Assembly (NCBI GenBank): GCA_963770835.1
Contig: CAVYRH010000002.1
Span: 160,001-224,000, forward strand
Direction: 5' to 3'
DNA length: 64,000 nucleotides
DNA from: an uncultured Pseudomonadota bacterium
GTDB taxonomy: Bacteria; Oederibacteriota; Muellerivitia; Muellerivitales; Muellerivitaceae
Translations under genes and position numbers: made by a program
Shown: one piece after another, positions 1-10,288 of the stretch
Position numbering within the stretch: position 1 is the stretch's first letter
How the letters are laid out: every line of letters starts with the position of its first letter
Notes under the pieces: model-generated
What the model saw: only the letters and a program-made list of their open reading frames with translations
What the model was told of the DNA's origin: nothing
Database searches by the model: none

Positions 1-191
1 ACGTCATTAGAGGCTTTGCCGACCTGCGGCCTCATTTCCGGCGCGACTTGGTTCAAACCCTTGAGGATGTCGGTCACGAGGCCGTTTTTACCGAGGTATT
101 TGACCCGGGTTTCCTCTAAGGCTTTGGAATCCCCAGCGTTTTGGATGGCTTGTTCGGCTTCTTTTAAGAGAAGTTCAAGACGTTCAATCAA
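1..191 (-). CDS. pheS: Phenylalanine-tRNA ligase alpha subunit, N-terminal part (runs off window)
   Basis: Manual translation from TTG at 191: LIERLELLLKEAEQAIQNAGDSKALEETRVKYLGKNGLVTDILKGL; the RVKYLGKxG motif and position downstream of rplT/trmH fit pheS. Confidence 0.9.
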   Translation of the reverse strand, partial: MIERLELLLKEAEQAIQNAGDSKALEETRVKYLGKNGLVTDILKGLNQVAPEMRPQVGKASND

Positions 192-278
192 ATGATTCCC
201 CAATGGCAAATATGTTACGGACGCGCGAGGGTGTATTATTTAGATTTCAGGCGGAAATTTCACTAAGAAAACGCTGGA

Positions 279-443
279 TTAGGAAAGGAAGGGCAGGCCG
301 GATGGTTCTAATTCTTCGGACTTTTGGACTTTTTGAAGGTAGCGTAGATAAGCTTTGACCGAACCCGTTCTTTCAAAATCCTCCCACAAGGTTTCGGCGC
401 TCTTATCGACCGTCAGTTCGAATTCGGTTGGAATGATTTTCAT
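279..443 (-). CDS. Small YqzL-like protein (54 aa)
   Basis: Manual translation MKIIPTEFELTVDKSAETLWEDFERTGSVKAYLRYLQK...; W-x-x-F-x-x-TG-x-V-x-AYL-x-Y pattern; below the ORF-track size cutoff. Confidence 0.55.
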   Translation of the reverse strand: MKIIPTEFELTVDKSAETLWEDFERTGSVKAYLRYLQKVQKSEELEPSGLPFLS

Positions 444-501
444 GTTCAATTCTTCAGCTTTTTACTTGATTTTTGAAGTCTATCACCGCCCCACCACAGC
501 G

Positions 502-1302
502 TCAAGAAAGGGGGGCCTGAAAATGCGCCCAAAACATGGCGATACTTGTCGCAACTCCCACATTGAGGGACTCCACTTGCCCGGCCATGGGGATACGGAT
601 GGGCTCGCAAACTTTCAATAGTTCTTCCGGTAACCCTGCGCCTTCCGACCCCACCCAAAATGCCATGGGTGTTGAAAACTGCACTTCCTGCAATGGCCGC
701 GCGGCTTGGGCCGCCAGGGCGTAAGAGTGGAAGCTTTTTTCGCCAAGCCAATCCTGGCAGTCTTCCCATTTCTCATTTTGGATAAATGGTATGCGGAACA
801 AGGAACCCATGGAAGCCCGGACGACTTTCGGGTTGAAAGGATCACAGCACCCCCCAGTTAAAAACACCGACTGGATCCCAAAAGCCTCAGCGGACCGGAA
901 AAGCGTGCCCATGTTGCCGGCGTCCTGCACTTGATAAACGGCCAAAATTCGGGAGAAAGGTTCCATGGGCCACTGTGCCGCCATTTTCCCGACCACCGCC
1001 AGGATGCCTTGGGGCGTGACCGTGTCGGAAACGTAGGAAATGATCTTGGAGGTTACTTCAAAACAGCGGACCTTTTCACGGTGGGCGGAGGCCAGGATTT
1101 CCTTCCCTTCCAGGTGATTCCAAGCTTCTTTTGTTGCGAAGATGAACCGGCACTTCAAACCGCTTTTCAAAGCCTCCTTTACTAAATGAAACCCCTCGCA
1201 GAGAAAATCCTCCAAATCCTTGGATTTCTTGGGGATTTTCAAGGAATAGGCGTGCTTGACCATGGAGTTCTGCACGCTTTCGATTTTGGTTAACTGTGTC
1301 AT
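502..1302 (-). CDS. TrmH/SpoU family RNA methyltransferase
   Basis: QDAGNMGTLFRSAEAFG, VRASMGS, GSEGAGL and IPMAGQVESLNV SPOUT motifs. Confidence 0.92.
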   Translation of the reverse strand: MTQLTKIESVQNSMVKHAYSLKIPKKSKDLEDFLCEGFHLVKEALKSGLKCRFIFATKEAWNHLEGKEILASAHREKVRCFEVTSKIISYVSDTVTPQGILAVVGKMAAQWPMEPFSRILAVYQVQDAGNMGTLFRSAEAFGIQSVFLTGGCCDPFNPKVVRASMGSLFRIPFIQNEKWEDCQDWLGEKSFHSYALAAQAARPLQEVQFSTPMAFWVGSEGAGLPEELLKVCEPIRIPMAGQVESLNVGVATSIAMFWAHFQAPLS

Positions 1303-1378
1303 GTCATTCTCATTTTTATGCCCACGGTGATTCAACACCCTGGATAATTATGACCTCAAATAAACAACTTCTGAAAAC

Positions 1379-1422
1379 AAAAAAGCACCCCTCACATTCG
1401 CAGCGATGAAGGGTGCTTTTTT
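1379..1422. terminator. Intrinsic terminator downstream of rplT
   Basis: AAAAAAGCACCC...GGGTGCTTTTTT inverted repeat with A/T tracts on both sides. Confidence 0.8.
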
Positions 1423-1441
1423 GCTGAATCTATTGACTAGC

Positions 1442-1801
1442 TTAAGAAACCTTGGCTTTTTTTGCTTCTTCCACCAACTGGCGGAAAGCCTTGGGATCGG
1501 TAATGGCCAAATCGGCCAGGACCTTGCGGTCCAGGTCCACCGAGGCCAGTTTCAGCCCCCGGATGAACTGGCTGTACGACATCCCGTGCTCGCGGGTGGC
1601 CGCGTTGATGCGGGTGATCCAAAGGCGGCGGAAATCCCTTTTGCGGGCCTTGCGGTCGCGGAAAGCGTAATTCCCGGACCTTTTGGTTGCTTCCCGTACC
1701 GTGCGGTATTGGCGGCTCTTGGCCCCGAAATACCCTTTGGTGAGCTTGAAAAATTTCTTTTTTCTTTTTCTTTTCGCGACGGCGCGTTTGATTCTTGCCA
1801 T
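1442..1801 (-). CDS. rplT: 50S ribosomal protein L20
   Basis: MARIKRAV...YAFRDRKARKRDFRRLWITRINAA...LDRKVLADLA. Confidence 0.98.
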   Translation of the reverse strand: MARIKRAVAKRKRKKKFFKLTKGYFGAKSRQYRTVREATKRSGNYAFRDRKARKRDFRRLWITRINAATREHGMSYSQFIRGLKLASVDLDRKVLADLAITDPKAFRQLVEEAKKAKVS

Positions 1802-1814
1802 GGTCTCTCTCCCC

Positions 1815-2014
1815 TTAAATCATCATCATTTTTTTCATACTGCGGGTGGCAGTGGGCCCAAGACGGGCTGCCGCTTCAATTGCCGCTTACGCTTGGACGA
1901 CTTGTGGGCCAATAGATGGCTCCGCCCGGATGTTTTTTTCACCATCAGTTTCCCGGTACCCGTCACTTTGAACCTTTTCAGCATGCTGTTTCTTGTCTTA
2001 GAACCTTTAGCCAT
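1815..2014 (-). CDS. rpmI: 50S ribosomal protein L35 (apparent 1-nt frameshift near 1855)
   Basis: Manual translation [48 protein letters not shown]; adding one C gives the normal-length end [14 protein letters not shown]. Confidence 0.9.
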
Positions 2015-2580
2015 TTTCCTCTTCCTTTTCTGTTAGCTGCTTCTTTCGACGGAGCCTTTGGGGCTTCGGCCTTGGCGGTGAAAACTGCCACGATCTGCAT
2101 CCCTTCATCCTTCGGCGGGGCTTCCAAATCGGCGATTTCGCCCAAATCCAAAATCACCCGGTCCATCAGCTGGCGCCCCAATTCCTTGTGGCTCATTTCC
2201 CTTCCGCGGAACAGCAAGCTCACTTTTACCTTGTCCCCATGGTCGAAAAACTTCCAGGCCATGTGGAGCTTGGTCTGGTAGTCGTGTTCGTCGATCTTCG
2301 GGCGGATTTTGAGTTCTTTGACCCTGATGATCCGTTGCTTCTTGGACGCTTCCTTTTCTTTTTTCCGTTGGGCGTACCTGAATTTGCCGTAATTCAAGAT
2401 ACGGCAAACCGGCGGAACCCCTTCTGGGGCCACTTCCACCAGGTCGAGGTTCCTTTCACGGGCGATTGTGAGAGCCTTGCTTAAATCAACGATTCCGAGT
2501 TGTTCACCGGCGTCACCAACCAGGCGGACCTGCCGGGCACGAATTTGATGATTGATCCTTAATTCCTTTGACGAAGAAAT
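1978..2580 (-). CDS. infC: Translation initiation factor IF-3 with ATT start codon
   Basis: Frame extends upstream of the track ORF ([14 protein letters not shown]...DLVEVAP) to ATT at 2580, preceded by AGGAGG; 3' end uncertain because it overlaps rpmI. Confidence 0.95.
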   Translation of the reverse strand: MSSSKELRINHQIRARQVRLVGDAGEQLGIVDLSKALTIARERNLDLVEVAPEGVPPVCRILNYGKFRYAQRKKEKEASKKQRIIRVKELKIRPKIDEHDYQTKLHMAWKFFDHGDKVKVSLLFRGREMSHKELGRQLMDRVILDLGEIADLEAPPKDEGMQIVAVFTAKAEAPKAPSKEAANRKGRGKWLKVLRQETAC

Positions 2581-2610
2581 GTGGGTTACCTCCTGTAATT
2601 AGGGTTAAAA

Positions 2611-2740
2611 CAAAAAAACGGACCTCGCAAAGCAAGGTCCGTCCTTTAAATGAAAATATCCAAAACAAAAATTGTGGATACCATCAAAACCCGTTTGCAC
2701 CTAAAAGGGCTGCGGGTGAGGGACGGAGGCCCCTGCTTAC
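2611..2740 (-). promoter_or_regulatory. L20 ribosomal protein leader (attenuator) upstream of infC-rpmI-rplT
   Basis: AGCAGGGGCCTCCGTCCCTCACCCG resembles the L20-leader core; TCCGTCC can pair with GGACGGA of the downstream terminator ACGGACCT..AGGTCCGT-T7. Confidence 0.7.
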
Positions 2741-2854
2741 CCTCATTTTCCTTGTCATTTCGGGCAAAGCCCGAACAGGGTAAATGAGGGTGACACAGTC
2801 TCCATTCGGGGCCAAAGGCCCCACCTGCCAAGGAAGAACTGTGTAGAGGGGAGA

Positions 2855-2883
2855 ATATTAGCGGTTGGGACTTTTTTTGTAAA
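2855..2883 (-). promoter_or_regulatory. Sigma70-type promoter for the infC operon leader
   Basis: TTTACA-N17-TAATAT on the minus strand. Confidence 0.65.
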
Positions 2884-2900
2884 GCCCTTTGAAGGGTTGG

Positions 2901-4726
2901 TTAAAGCGGCAATTCCACATCTTCGAAATTATCCATGGTTCGCAACTGAATCATTTGGGCAAGTATCCCTTTGGCTTTTTCGGACGGAACTTGGACTTGT
3001 TTTTCAACGGCATAGCGGCGCCAGGTGACCGTCTGGTCCTTCACCTCATTGGCCCCGACGATCCAAATATTGGGGATCTTCTTGGTGACGGCGTTCCGGA
3101 CCTTTTTACCGAAGGAATCATTGGTCGGGTCCACTTCGGAGCGGATCATTTGATCCCGCAACTCGGCGGAAAGTTTCTCGGCATAGGGCAAAAATTCCTC
3201 CGCCACGGGGACAATTCTCACCTGGACAGGCGAAAGCCATGTTGGAAAAGCTCCCCCAAACCTTTCAATCAGGAACGAAATAAACCGTTCATGGGTCCCC
3301 AGGGGGGCGCGATGGATTACCAAGGGCCTTTGCTTGGATCCATCGGCCGCGGTGAACTCTAATTTAAACCGTTCCGGCGCGGTAAAATCCAGCTGGATCG
3401 TCGAAAGCGTCTCTTCCCTTCCAATCACGTTTTCCGTTTGGTAGTCCAATTTGGGCCCGTAAAAGGCGGCTTCGCCGGTGGCCTCTTCATAATCCACCTT
3501 CAATTCTTTCAACACCTCACGTAAGGTGTTCTCCGTTTTGACCCATAGTTCTTCATTATCAACGAATTTTTCCTTGTCCTGGTCATGCAGGGACAGGCGG
3601 ACCCAAACCTTTCCATGCGGAATTTCTTATAATAAAACTCCTGCATGGCGACGATCTTCTTGATCTCTTCCTTGACTTGATCCACGGTGCAATAAATGTG
3701 GGCGTCATTCATGGCGAGGGACCGCACCCGCAAAAGTCCCGCCAATTGCCCCGATTTCTCGAAACGGTAACAAGTGCCGTATTCGGCCAACCTCAATGGC
3801 AATTCCCTGTAGCTGCGCGGCCGGTTCAGGTAAATCATGTGGTGGTGGGGACAGTTCATGGGTTTCAAATAAAACTCTTCCGCGGGGGAATCCGCGTCCT
3901 TTTCCACAGTGCGCATTGGCGGAAACATGATGTCCTTGTAAAGCTGGAGATGGCCGGAAAGTTTATAAAGCTCCCCGTTGGCGATATTGGGCGTTGCGAC
4001 CCGGACATAGCCGTCCTTGAATTCCAACTCCTTGGCCAATTTTTCCAGTTCTTCGCGGATAACCGTTCCGTTGGGAAGCCATAAGGGGAGGCCTTTCCCC
4101 ACATGTTCATCAATGGTGAAGAGTTCCAGTTCCTGGCCTAGTTTTCGGTGGTCGCGCTTCAGCGCCAGTTCCCGGTTTTTGATAAATTCCTTGAGTTCAT
4201 TTTCCGAGGGAAAAGCCAAGCCGTAAATGCGGGTCAGCATGGGGCGTTTGGAATCGCCCCGCCAATAGCTCCCGGCAACCGAATCCAGTTTGAAGGACAT
4301 GACCGGAATTTTTGAAGTGTCGGGAACATGGGGTCCCTCGCACATGTCCACGAAGGGCCCACTGCTGTAGAAGCTCAACGATTCACCGGCATTTAAAAGT
4401 TCCTGGGCGTATTCCACTTTCAATTCCTGGCCCATACCTTCCAATTTCTTGAGGGCCTGTTCCTTGGGAAGGTCTTCCCTTTTGAATTCCTGCTTTTCCT
4501 GGATAATCTTGCGCATGCGTTTTTCGATGTCAGGCAGGTCGGTCTCGGTCAGAGGTTCGTCGAGCTTGAAATCGTAGTAAAAACCCGTGCGGATGGGGGG
4601 GCCGAATCCCAATTGGGCCTTGGGGCGCACTTGGAGAACCGCCTCCGCTAGGATATGGGCCAGGGAATGCCGCATCCGGAAAAGCGATTCGTCCATTTTA
4701 TGTTTTGGTTCGTATTTTTCGGACAT
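2901..4726 (-). CDS. thrS: Threonine-tRNA ligase (split by an apparent 1-nt homopolymer frameshift near 3605)
   Basis: ORFs 3509-4726 and 2901-3515 together give ThrRS (RHSLAHIL, RDHRKLG, KPMNCP, AAFYGPK, IHRAPLG); adding one T restores RFWVRLSLHD. Confidence 0.95.
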
Positions 4727-4855
4727 GGGATTCGCCTATCGAGGATAAAAGATGACCTGCCATACGATGCCGCAATATTCAGGCCTAGCCCCCCCTACGC
4801 TGAAGCTCCGGAGGGCATACTTCGCAACAGATTGACTGTTGAAGGAAGCGAAGTA

Positions 4856-4932
4856 TGGTGGGCGTAACTGGACTCGAACCAGTGACCCCTTCCATGTCAA
4901 GGAAGTACTCTAACCAGCTGAGCTATACGCCC
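4856..4932 (-). tRNA. tRNA-Val(GAC)
   Basis: GGGCGTATAGCTCAGCTGGTTAGAG...TTGACAT...GGTTCGAGTCC...CGCCCACCA cloverleaf. Confidence 0.97.
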
Positions 4933-5022
4933 ACGTACCTAAAAACGGCTTTTCAAACATCTTCCCGAAAAGGGACTATTCTTATAAGGCTTTCACCGGC
5001 ATGTTTCAACAGTTTTGAGGCC

Positions 5023-5697
5023 TTATTGTGCCAGGATGCCCTTGATCCCTTCCGAAATGTCCAGGAACTTGTCGTTGTAATCCGCCTGGCTTAAGCGGAT
5101 CACCTCGAAAGCCTCGTCCCGGCCGTAGGTGTGGGTGATTTCCGTCCTGCCCAGGCTCACGGAGGGAAAATCCTTGTAGGTCAAAAAATAATGGCGCAAG
5201 CGGTCAATGAGGTTGTGGGGACAGTCATTGATGTCGGTCATATTCCCATAGACCAAGTCCCCCCGTAACACTGCGATGATTTTGTCATCCGCTTCGCCAT
5301 TGTCGATCATTCGCAAGCCGCCAATGGGCTTGGCCTCCACCATGATGTCGCTTTTGAAAATGGGCCTTTCGGACAAAATACAGATGTCCAGGGGATCCAA
5401 ATCGCCGCTGATGCGGTCCAATTTCATTTTTTTGGCGAAGAATTCGGCCACTTTGGGCCCGCAATAGGTCCGTGGAATGAAGCCATAAAGAGAAGGGCAT
5501 TGGCTGGAAAAAGCCTGCGGACGGTCCAGTTTCAGGAAGCCTGTCGCCTTGTCCACCTCATATTTGACCGTGTCCGTGGGAGTAATCTCAACATAGGCGT
5601 TAACAACCGTGGGGGCATTCTTCCCAAGGTCCATTCCATGCCATGGATGATGCCGAAAAAGGAACTTTGCGTATTTGGAAAAAACCTCATCCGCCAT
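5023..5697 (-). CDS. ppa: Inorganic pyrophosphatase (family I)
   Basis: HPWHG, VKYEVDK, YGFIPRTY, GDLDPLDI, DNGEADDKIIAV, FLTYK motifs. Confidence 0.95.
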   Translation of the reverse strand: MADEVFSKYAKFLFRHHPWHGMDLGKNAPTVVNAYVEITPTDTVKYEVDKATGFLKLDRPQAFSSQCPSLYGFIPRTYCGPKVAEFFAKKMKLDRISGDLDPLDICILSERPIFKSDIMVEAKPIGGLRMIDNGEADDKIIAVLRGDLVYGNMTDINDCPHNLIDRLRHYFLTYKDFPSVSLGRTEITHTYGRDEAFEVIRLSQADYNDKFLDISEGIKGILAQ

Positions 5698-6286
5698 TTA
5701 TGTCTCCTCCGTGATGCCCCTCAAGTCGTTCCATCCGGTAAAGCTCCAGAGATTCCTTGATGTCCTTAAAAAAGGGAAGATTTTTGTCTTTTTCCGACAA
5801 AGTGGGATTGGAGACAGGCCATTGGATTTTCAAGTCCGGATCATCCCAACGGACTCCGATCTCGTCCGAGGCGTCGTAATGATCCGTGCACTTATATTCC
5901 ACTTCAGCTGAAGGGCTGATTACGCAAAACCCATGAAAAAAACGAGGAGGCACGAAAAGCTGGAGGAAATTCTCGTGGGACAACAGCTCTCCCACCCACT
6001 GACCGAAAGTCGGTGAATCGGGCCGGGCATCCACGGCCACATCGAAAATCTCACCTTGGACCACCCGGATGAGTTTGCCTTGGGGCTTTCGAAGCTGGGC
6101 ATGCAGGCCCCGCAAAGTTCCCTTCATGGAATGGGAATGGTTGTCTTGGACAAAACGAACTTTTATGCCCGCTTCCTCGTATTTTTGGGAATCATAGGAC
6201 TCTAGAAAAAAACCGCGTTTGTCCCTATAAACATCCGGTTGAACTAAAATGACATCCTTGATTTGGGTCGGTGTGAAACGCATCAA
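5687..6286 (-). CDS. rfbC: dTDP-4-dehydrorhamnose 3,5-epimerase
   Basis: [38 protein letters not shown]. Confidence 0.96.
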   Translation of the reverse strand: MMRFTPTQIKDVILVQPDVYRDKRGFFLESYDSQKYEEAGIKVRFVQDNHSHSMKGTLRGLHAQLRKPQGKLIRVVQGEIFDVAVDARPDSPTFGQWVGELLSHENFLQLFVPPRFFHGFCVISPSAEVEYKCTDHYDASDEIGVRWDDPDLKIQWPVSNPTLSEKDKNLPFFKDIKESLELYRMERLEGHHGGDINGG

Positions 6287-7170
6287 TCGTCCTGTTTCAA
6301 GATGGTTTCGAGATACTGGGCGTAGCCGCTGGGACTGATCTTGCGGATCAGCGCTTCGAGTTCCCCCCGGGTGATAAAACCCTGTTTATAGGCGATTTCT
6401 TCCACGCAAGCCACTTTCAATCCTTGCCGGTCCTCGATGGTTTGGATGAATTGGGAAGCTTGCATCAAGGATTCGGGAGTCCCCGTGTCCAGCCACGCCA
6501 CACCCCGGCCCAGTTTTTCAACTTTCAAATGCCCAAGCCTCAGGTAAGCCCGGTTCACGTCCGTGATCTCCAACTCCCCCCGGGCCGATGGCTTCAAGGA
6601 AGCGGCGATGGAAACTACTTGGTTGTCGTAAAAGTAAAGACCCGTGACGGCAAAGGGTGATTTTGGTTTGATGGGTTTTTCCCGGATGTCCAAGGCTTTC
6701 CCATTACGGTCAAACTCTACTACCCCATAGCGTTCGGGGTCCCTGACCCAATAGGCGAAGATGGTGGCGCCCGACTTCTGCCGCGCGGCTTGTTGGAGCT
6801 GTCCCGTCAAACCATAGCCGTAGAAAATGTTATCGCCGAGCACAAGGGCCACTGGGTCCTTGCCGATGAACTTTTTCCCGATGCGGAAAGCCTGGGCGAT
6901 CCCTCCGGGGCGCTTTTGCGCCGCATATTGAAGCCGAAGTCCCAGGGAACGCCCGTCCCCCAGGAGTTTCCGGAAATGGGGCAAGTCGTGGGGCGTTGAA
7001 ATCACAAGAATTTCACGGATCCCCGCGAGCATCAAAACCGAAAGGGGATAATAAATCATGGGTTTGTTGTAGACCGGGAGGAGCTGTTTACTGACCGCCT
7101 TCGTTATCGGATAAAGGCGCGTGCCCGTGCCCCCGGCCAAAAGAATGCCCTTCATTTTTACCTTTCCCAC
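6283..7170 (-). CDS. rfbA: Glucose-1-phosphate thymidylyltransferase
   Basis: [50 protein letters not shown]. Confidence 0.97.
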   Translation of the reverse strand: MGKVKMKGILLAGGTGTRLYPITKAVSKQLLPVYNKPMIYYPLSVLMLAGIREILVISTPHDLPHFRKLLGDGRSLGLRLQYAAQKRPGGIAQAFRIGKKFIGKDPVALVLGDNIFYGYGLTGQLQQAARQKSGATIFAYWVRDPERYGVVEFDRNGKALDIREKPIKPKSPFAVTGLYFYDNQVVSIAASLKPSARGELEITDVNRAYLRLGHLKVEKLGRGVAWLDTGTPESLMQASQFIQTIEDRQGLKVACVEEIAYKQGFITRGELEALIRKISPSGYAQYLETILKQDD

Positions 7171-7210
7171 GGCGTAGGTTTAAAAACCGTGGCTTTTCAA
7201 ATACCTATCG

Positions 7211-8296
7211 TTAGGCCAATAGTCCCAGTCTTTGCCGCCGATAATTTCCTTCTTGGACCTTCCGGCACCAATCCAAGTGGCCCAAGTACCACCGCACGGT
7301 CGCTTCCATACCCGTCTCAAAGGAATGGCGCGGTTTCCACCCCAATTCCAGGCGTATCTTGGTGGCATCGATAGCATACCGCCTGTCATGCCCCGGACGG
7401 TCCTTCACAAACGACACGAGATTACTATAGTCCGATAGCCCTTTTTTCAAAAGTGCCGGGTTGCCGGACGCAGGAAAAATCTTCTGTAATTGCCGGCAGA
7501 GGGTTTGCACGACCTCCAGGTTTGTTTTTTCACTGTTCCCCCCAACGTTGTACTTTTCCCCCGGCCGCCCGTGGCTCATAACCCGCCAAAGAGCCTCGCA
7601 ATGGTCTTCCACGTAAAGCCAGTCCCGGACGTTTTTACCATCACCGTAAACCGGCAAAGGCTTACCCTCCAGTGCGTTCAAGATCATTAAGGGAATCAGC
7701 TTTTCAGGGAATTGGAAGGGCCCATAATTATTCGAGCAGTTAGTCAACACGGCCGGCAGCCCATAGGTTTCGTGGTATGCCCTTACCAAGTGGTCGGCTC
7801 CCGCCTTTGTTGCGGCGTAAGGCGAATTGGGGGCATATGGGGTGTTTTCCGAGAAAAACCCCTTCGGTCCCAGGCTTCCGTAGACCTCGTCGGTGGAAAC
7901 GTGTAAAAACCGGAACCTCCTTCGGGCCGGTCCTTGAAGCCCCGCCCAATAAAACCGGGCCGCCTCCAAGAGCTGGAAAGTTCCCTCGACATTGGTGCGG
8001 ACAAAAGCGTCGGGGTCCTCGATAGACCGGTCGACGTGGCTTTCGGCGGCGAAATTAAAAATCAACCGCGGCTGGAATCGCCGGTAAAGGGCCCGGACTT
8101 GGCTCGGAAGGGCCACATCCCCCTTTACAAAAAAAAGCTTCCCGCTTTTAAGGGCTTTTTGAAGGTTGAGTTTGTTTCCCGCATAGGTCAGTTTGTCGAA
8201 GACAACAATACGGTAAGCGGGTGCATGGGAAAGAAGGTAATAAACGAAGTTGGAGCCGATGAACCCCGCCCCGCCCGTCACGATGATGGTTTGCAT
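7211..8296 (-). CDS. rfbB: dTDP-glucose 4,6-dehydratase
   Basis: VTGGAGFIGSNF, AAESHVDRSI, HVSTDEVYG, NCSNNYGP, DRPGHDRRYA. Confidence 0.97.
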   Translation of the reverse strand: MQTIIVTGGAGFIGSNFVYYLLSHAPAYRIVVFDKLTYAGNKLNLQKALKSGKLFFVKGDVALPSQVRALYRRFQPRLIFNFAAESHVDRSIEDPDAFVRTNVEGTFQLLEAARFYWAGLQGPARRRFRFLHVSTDEVYGSLGPKGFFSENTPYAPNSPYAATKAGADHLVRAYHETYGLPAVLTNCSNNYGPFQFPEKLIPLMILNALEGKPLPVYGDGKNVRDWLYVEDHCEALWRVMSHGRPGEKYNVGGNSEKTNLEVVQTLCRQLQKIFPASGNPALLKKGLSDYSNLVSFVKDRPGHDRRYAIDATKIRLELGWKPRHSFETGMEATVRWYLGHLDWCRKVQEGNYRRQRLGLLA

Positions 8297-8360
8297 AGAG
8301 TACCTGTCGGCTGAAATGGCGGCGTTTAATTATAACGAAACGGACCTGGAGACGGCCAGA

Positions 8361-9926
8361 TTACTGGTGGGCCGGTTTTAAAAGATCGAATACGCTCTTG
8401 ACGGGGTTGAAGGTTTCCAAGGGGACCTCCACAAACAGGGTGATCCAATGGGCCATGGCCCCATTCCAAAGGCCCGGCAACTCAAGGGCCTTCAGTTCCC
8501 GTCCACCCAGTGACTTTGTGCTGATAAAGATGGCGCTGGGGTCGGTGTATTTCTTCAAATTGAAGGGTTTTCCCTTCCAATCCCGGACCCCGCAAACCAA
8601 GTCCACGGGATTGAAATGGGTGGATCTTTCGAAGATTTCCCTTTGGTCCTTGCGCTCCAGGTCGATTTGGGGTTTTTCCACGATCTGAAGCGAAATTCCC
8701 CCCCCCGAATCCCTCAACCAGTAAGGCCCGCCACCAGGTTCCCCCTGGGCCGGTACGGCGCCGCAAACCCGCAAAGGACGGTTTAAAAGCTCCTTCAGGC
8801 GGCGGACTTGGACTTTCTCCGGAAGGTTTTTAAAATCCTCTCCCAAATCCAGACCCAGTTCCCCTTGGGCGAATAGGATGGCCTGTCGGAGGGTCCGGGG
8901 AGGAACCTTTTTGGCATGGAGTCTTTTCAGTGTCTTGAAGATTCCTTCCTGGACCTTGACCAAGTACCCCCCCAAGGCCTTTTTCCAGTGGACCGTCGTT
9001 TCCAATCGGTGCTCCAGGGTTACGTTGTCGATGTTTTTGATATAGACCAGGTCGGCCTTGAGCCGGTTGAGGTTTTCCAAAAGGGCGCCATGGCCCGCGG
9101 GACGGAACACCAGTTTCCCTCTCTCGTCGCGGAAGGGCTGATTTCCCTTATCCACCGCCAGGGTGTTAGTACCCGAGCCTTGGACGGAAAAATCCAGGTC
9201 AAATTCTACCTTGTATTTTTTCTCGTAATTCTCCCTCACTGTCATGAAATGGCCGCGGCAAGCCTCCTCATGCTCCTCAGAGACCGTGAAGTGGATACGG
9301 CACCGCTTTGAGCGGTCTTTCACATATTGGACTCCTTCCACAAGTTGTTCCTCCAAGGGAGTCCTTTCCCCGGAGGGGTAGCCGTGGAACTGGACCAGCC
9401 CTTTGGGCTTTTGTGCGTAATTAAGTCCCTCGGGTAGGAGAAGGATGCGGAGGATATCCTGGAACCGGCCCTCCCGGCGAAGAGTCTCCAAATTCTGGTC
9501 GTGCTTGGAAAGGACCCGGCCCAATTCGTTGAAGAAGGCGAACCGGGAAAGGGCATCCATGAACCCCAGGAATTGCCTGCTTTCTTCCTCACCTGCCAGC
9601 ACTTCCCTTTTCAAATCTTCGGCCGAAAAGGGTTCCCGTTGGAAAAACTTCATCAACAAGTGGAACATGCGGCTGGCGGCCCCCGATGCGGGGACGAATT
9701 TGCTGAACCGCCCCTGTAGCGCGGCTTTTCTATACTTTTTAAGGGATTGCTTTTGACGGGCGGGATTCAACCGCCGGATACCGTCGCCTAGCGTGGCGGG
9801 CCGGACCAACTCGGCAAAGGGAGGAGGATTCCGGAAAAGCTCTATTTGCCGGGAGGCTTCGGCCGGATCAACCCCCAGCGCCTTCATTTGGTTTAAGTCG
9901 TCGGTGGTCCAAGAAATGGAAGCCAT
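8361..9926 (-). CDS. DUF4301 family protein
   Basis: KFVPASGAASRMF, FRPAGHGALLENL, YIKNIDNV, GEPGGGP, LELPGLWNGAMA, TFNPVKSVFDLL. Confidence 0.88.
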   Translation of the reverse strand: MASISWTTDDLNQMKALGVDPAEASRQIELFRNPPPFAELVRPATLGDGIRRLNPARQKQSLKKYRKAALQGRFSKFVPASGAASRMFHLLMKFFQREPFSAEDLKREVLAGEEESRQFLGFMDALSRFAFFNELGRVLSKHDQNLETLRREGRFQDILRILLLPEGLNYAQKPKGLVQFHGYPSGERTPLEEQLVEGVQYVKDRSKRCRIHFTVSEEHEEACRGHFMTVRENYEKKYKVEFDLDFSVQGSGTNTLAVDKGNQPFRDERGKLVFRPAGHGALLENLNRLKADLVYIKNIDNVTLEHRLETTVHWKKALGGYLVKVQEGIFKTLKRLHAKKVPPRTLRQAILFAQGELGLDLGEDFKNLPEKVQVRRLKELLNRPLRVCGAVPAQGEPGGGPYWLRDSGGGISLQIVEKPQIDLERKDQREIFERSTHFNPVDLVCGVRDWKGKPFNLKKYTDPSAIFISTKSLGGRELKALELPGLWNGAMAHWITLFVEVPLETFNPVKSVFDLLKPAHQ

Positions 9927-10013
9927 GAAAAGTCCATGAGAAGGATGCGTTTTTCAGAGTTAGTGCCTTGAGTTTAAGGGAAGATCGTGAACTTAAACCC
10001 GTATTTAAAAAAG

Positions 10014-10089
10014 TGGAGGCGGCAGGCGGATTTGAACCGCCGAATCGCGGTTTTGCAGACCGCTCCCTTAACCACTTGGGTATGCCGCC
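10014..10089 (-). tRNA. tRNA-Cys(GCA)
   Basis: GGCGGCATACCCAAGTGG...CTGCAAA...GGTTCAAATCC...GCCGCCTCCA. Confidence 0.96.
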
Positions 10090-10190
10090 CCGTCCCCACG
10101 AAATAAGGGCCTAAAAGCAACAAGCCCAGGCTAAACCTGGGCATGTCGGACAGCCAATGCGTATTTTCAGCCTCCCGCCGGAGGAACAAA

Positions 10191-10265
<75 letters not shown>

Positions 10266-10288
10266 ATTTCAGGCTTTTCTGCGCTTTT

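Noticed and set aside
2578..2580. Non-canonical ATT start of infC
   Set aside because: Well-known autoregulatory feature, not novel
3595..3615. Frameshift in thrS (also rpmI ~1855, DGC ~14935, intron-2 ORF start ~40130, exeA ~42410) as programmed recoding or pseudogenisation
   Set aside because: Single-base indels, mostly in homopolymers, including in essential genes; best explained as long-read consensus errors
4785..4825. CCTACGCTGAAGCTCCGGAGGG REP-like motif after tRNA-Val
   Set aside because: Single copy in the window; cannot support a repeat family
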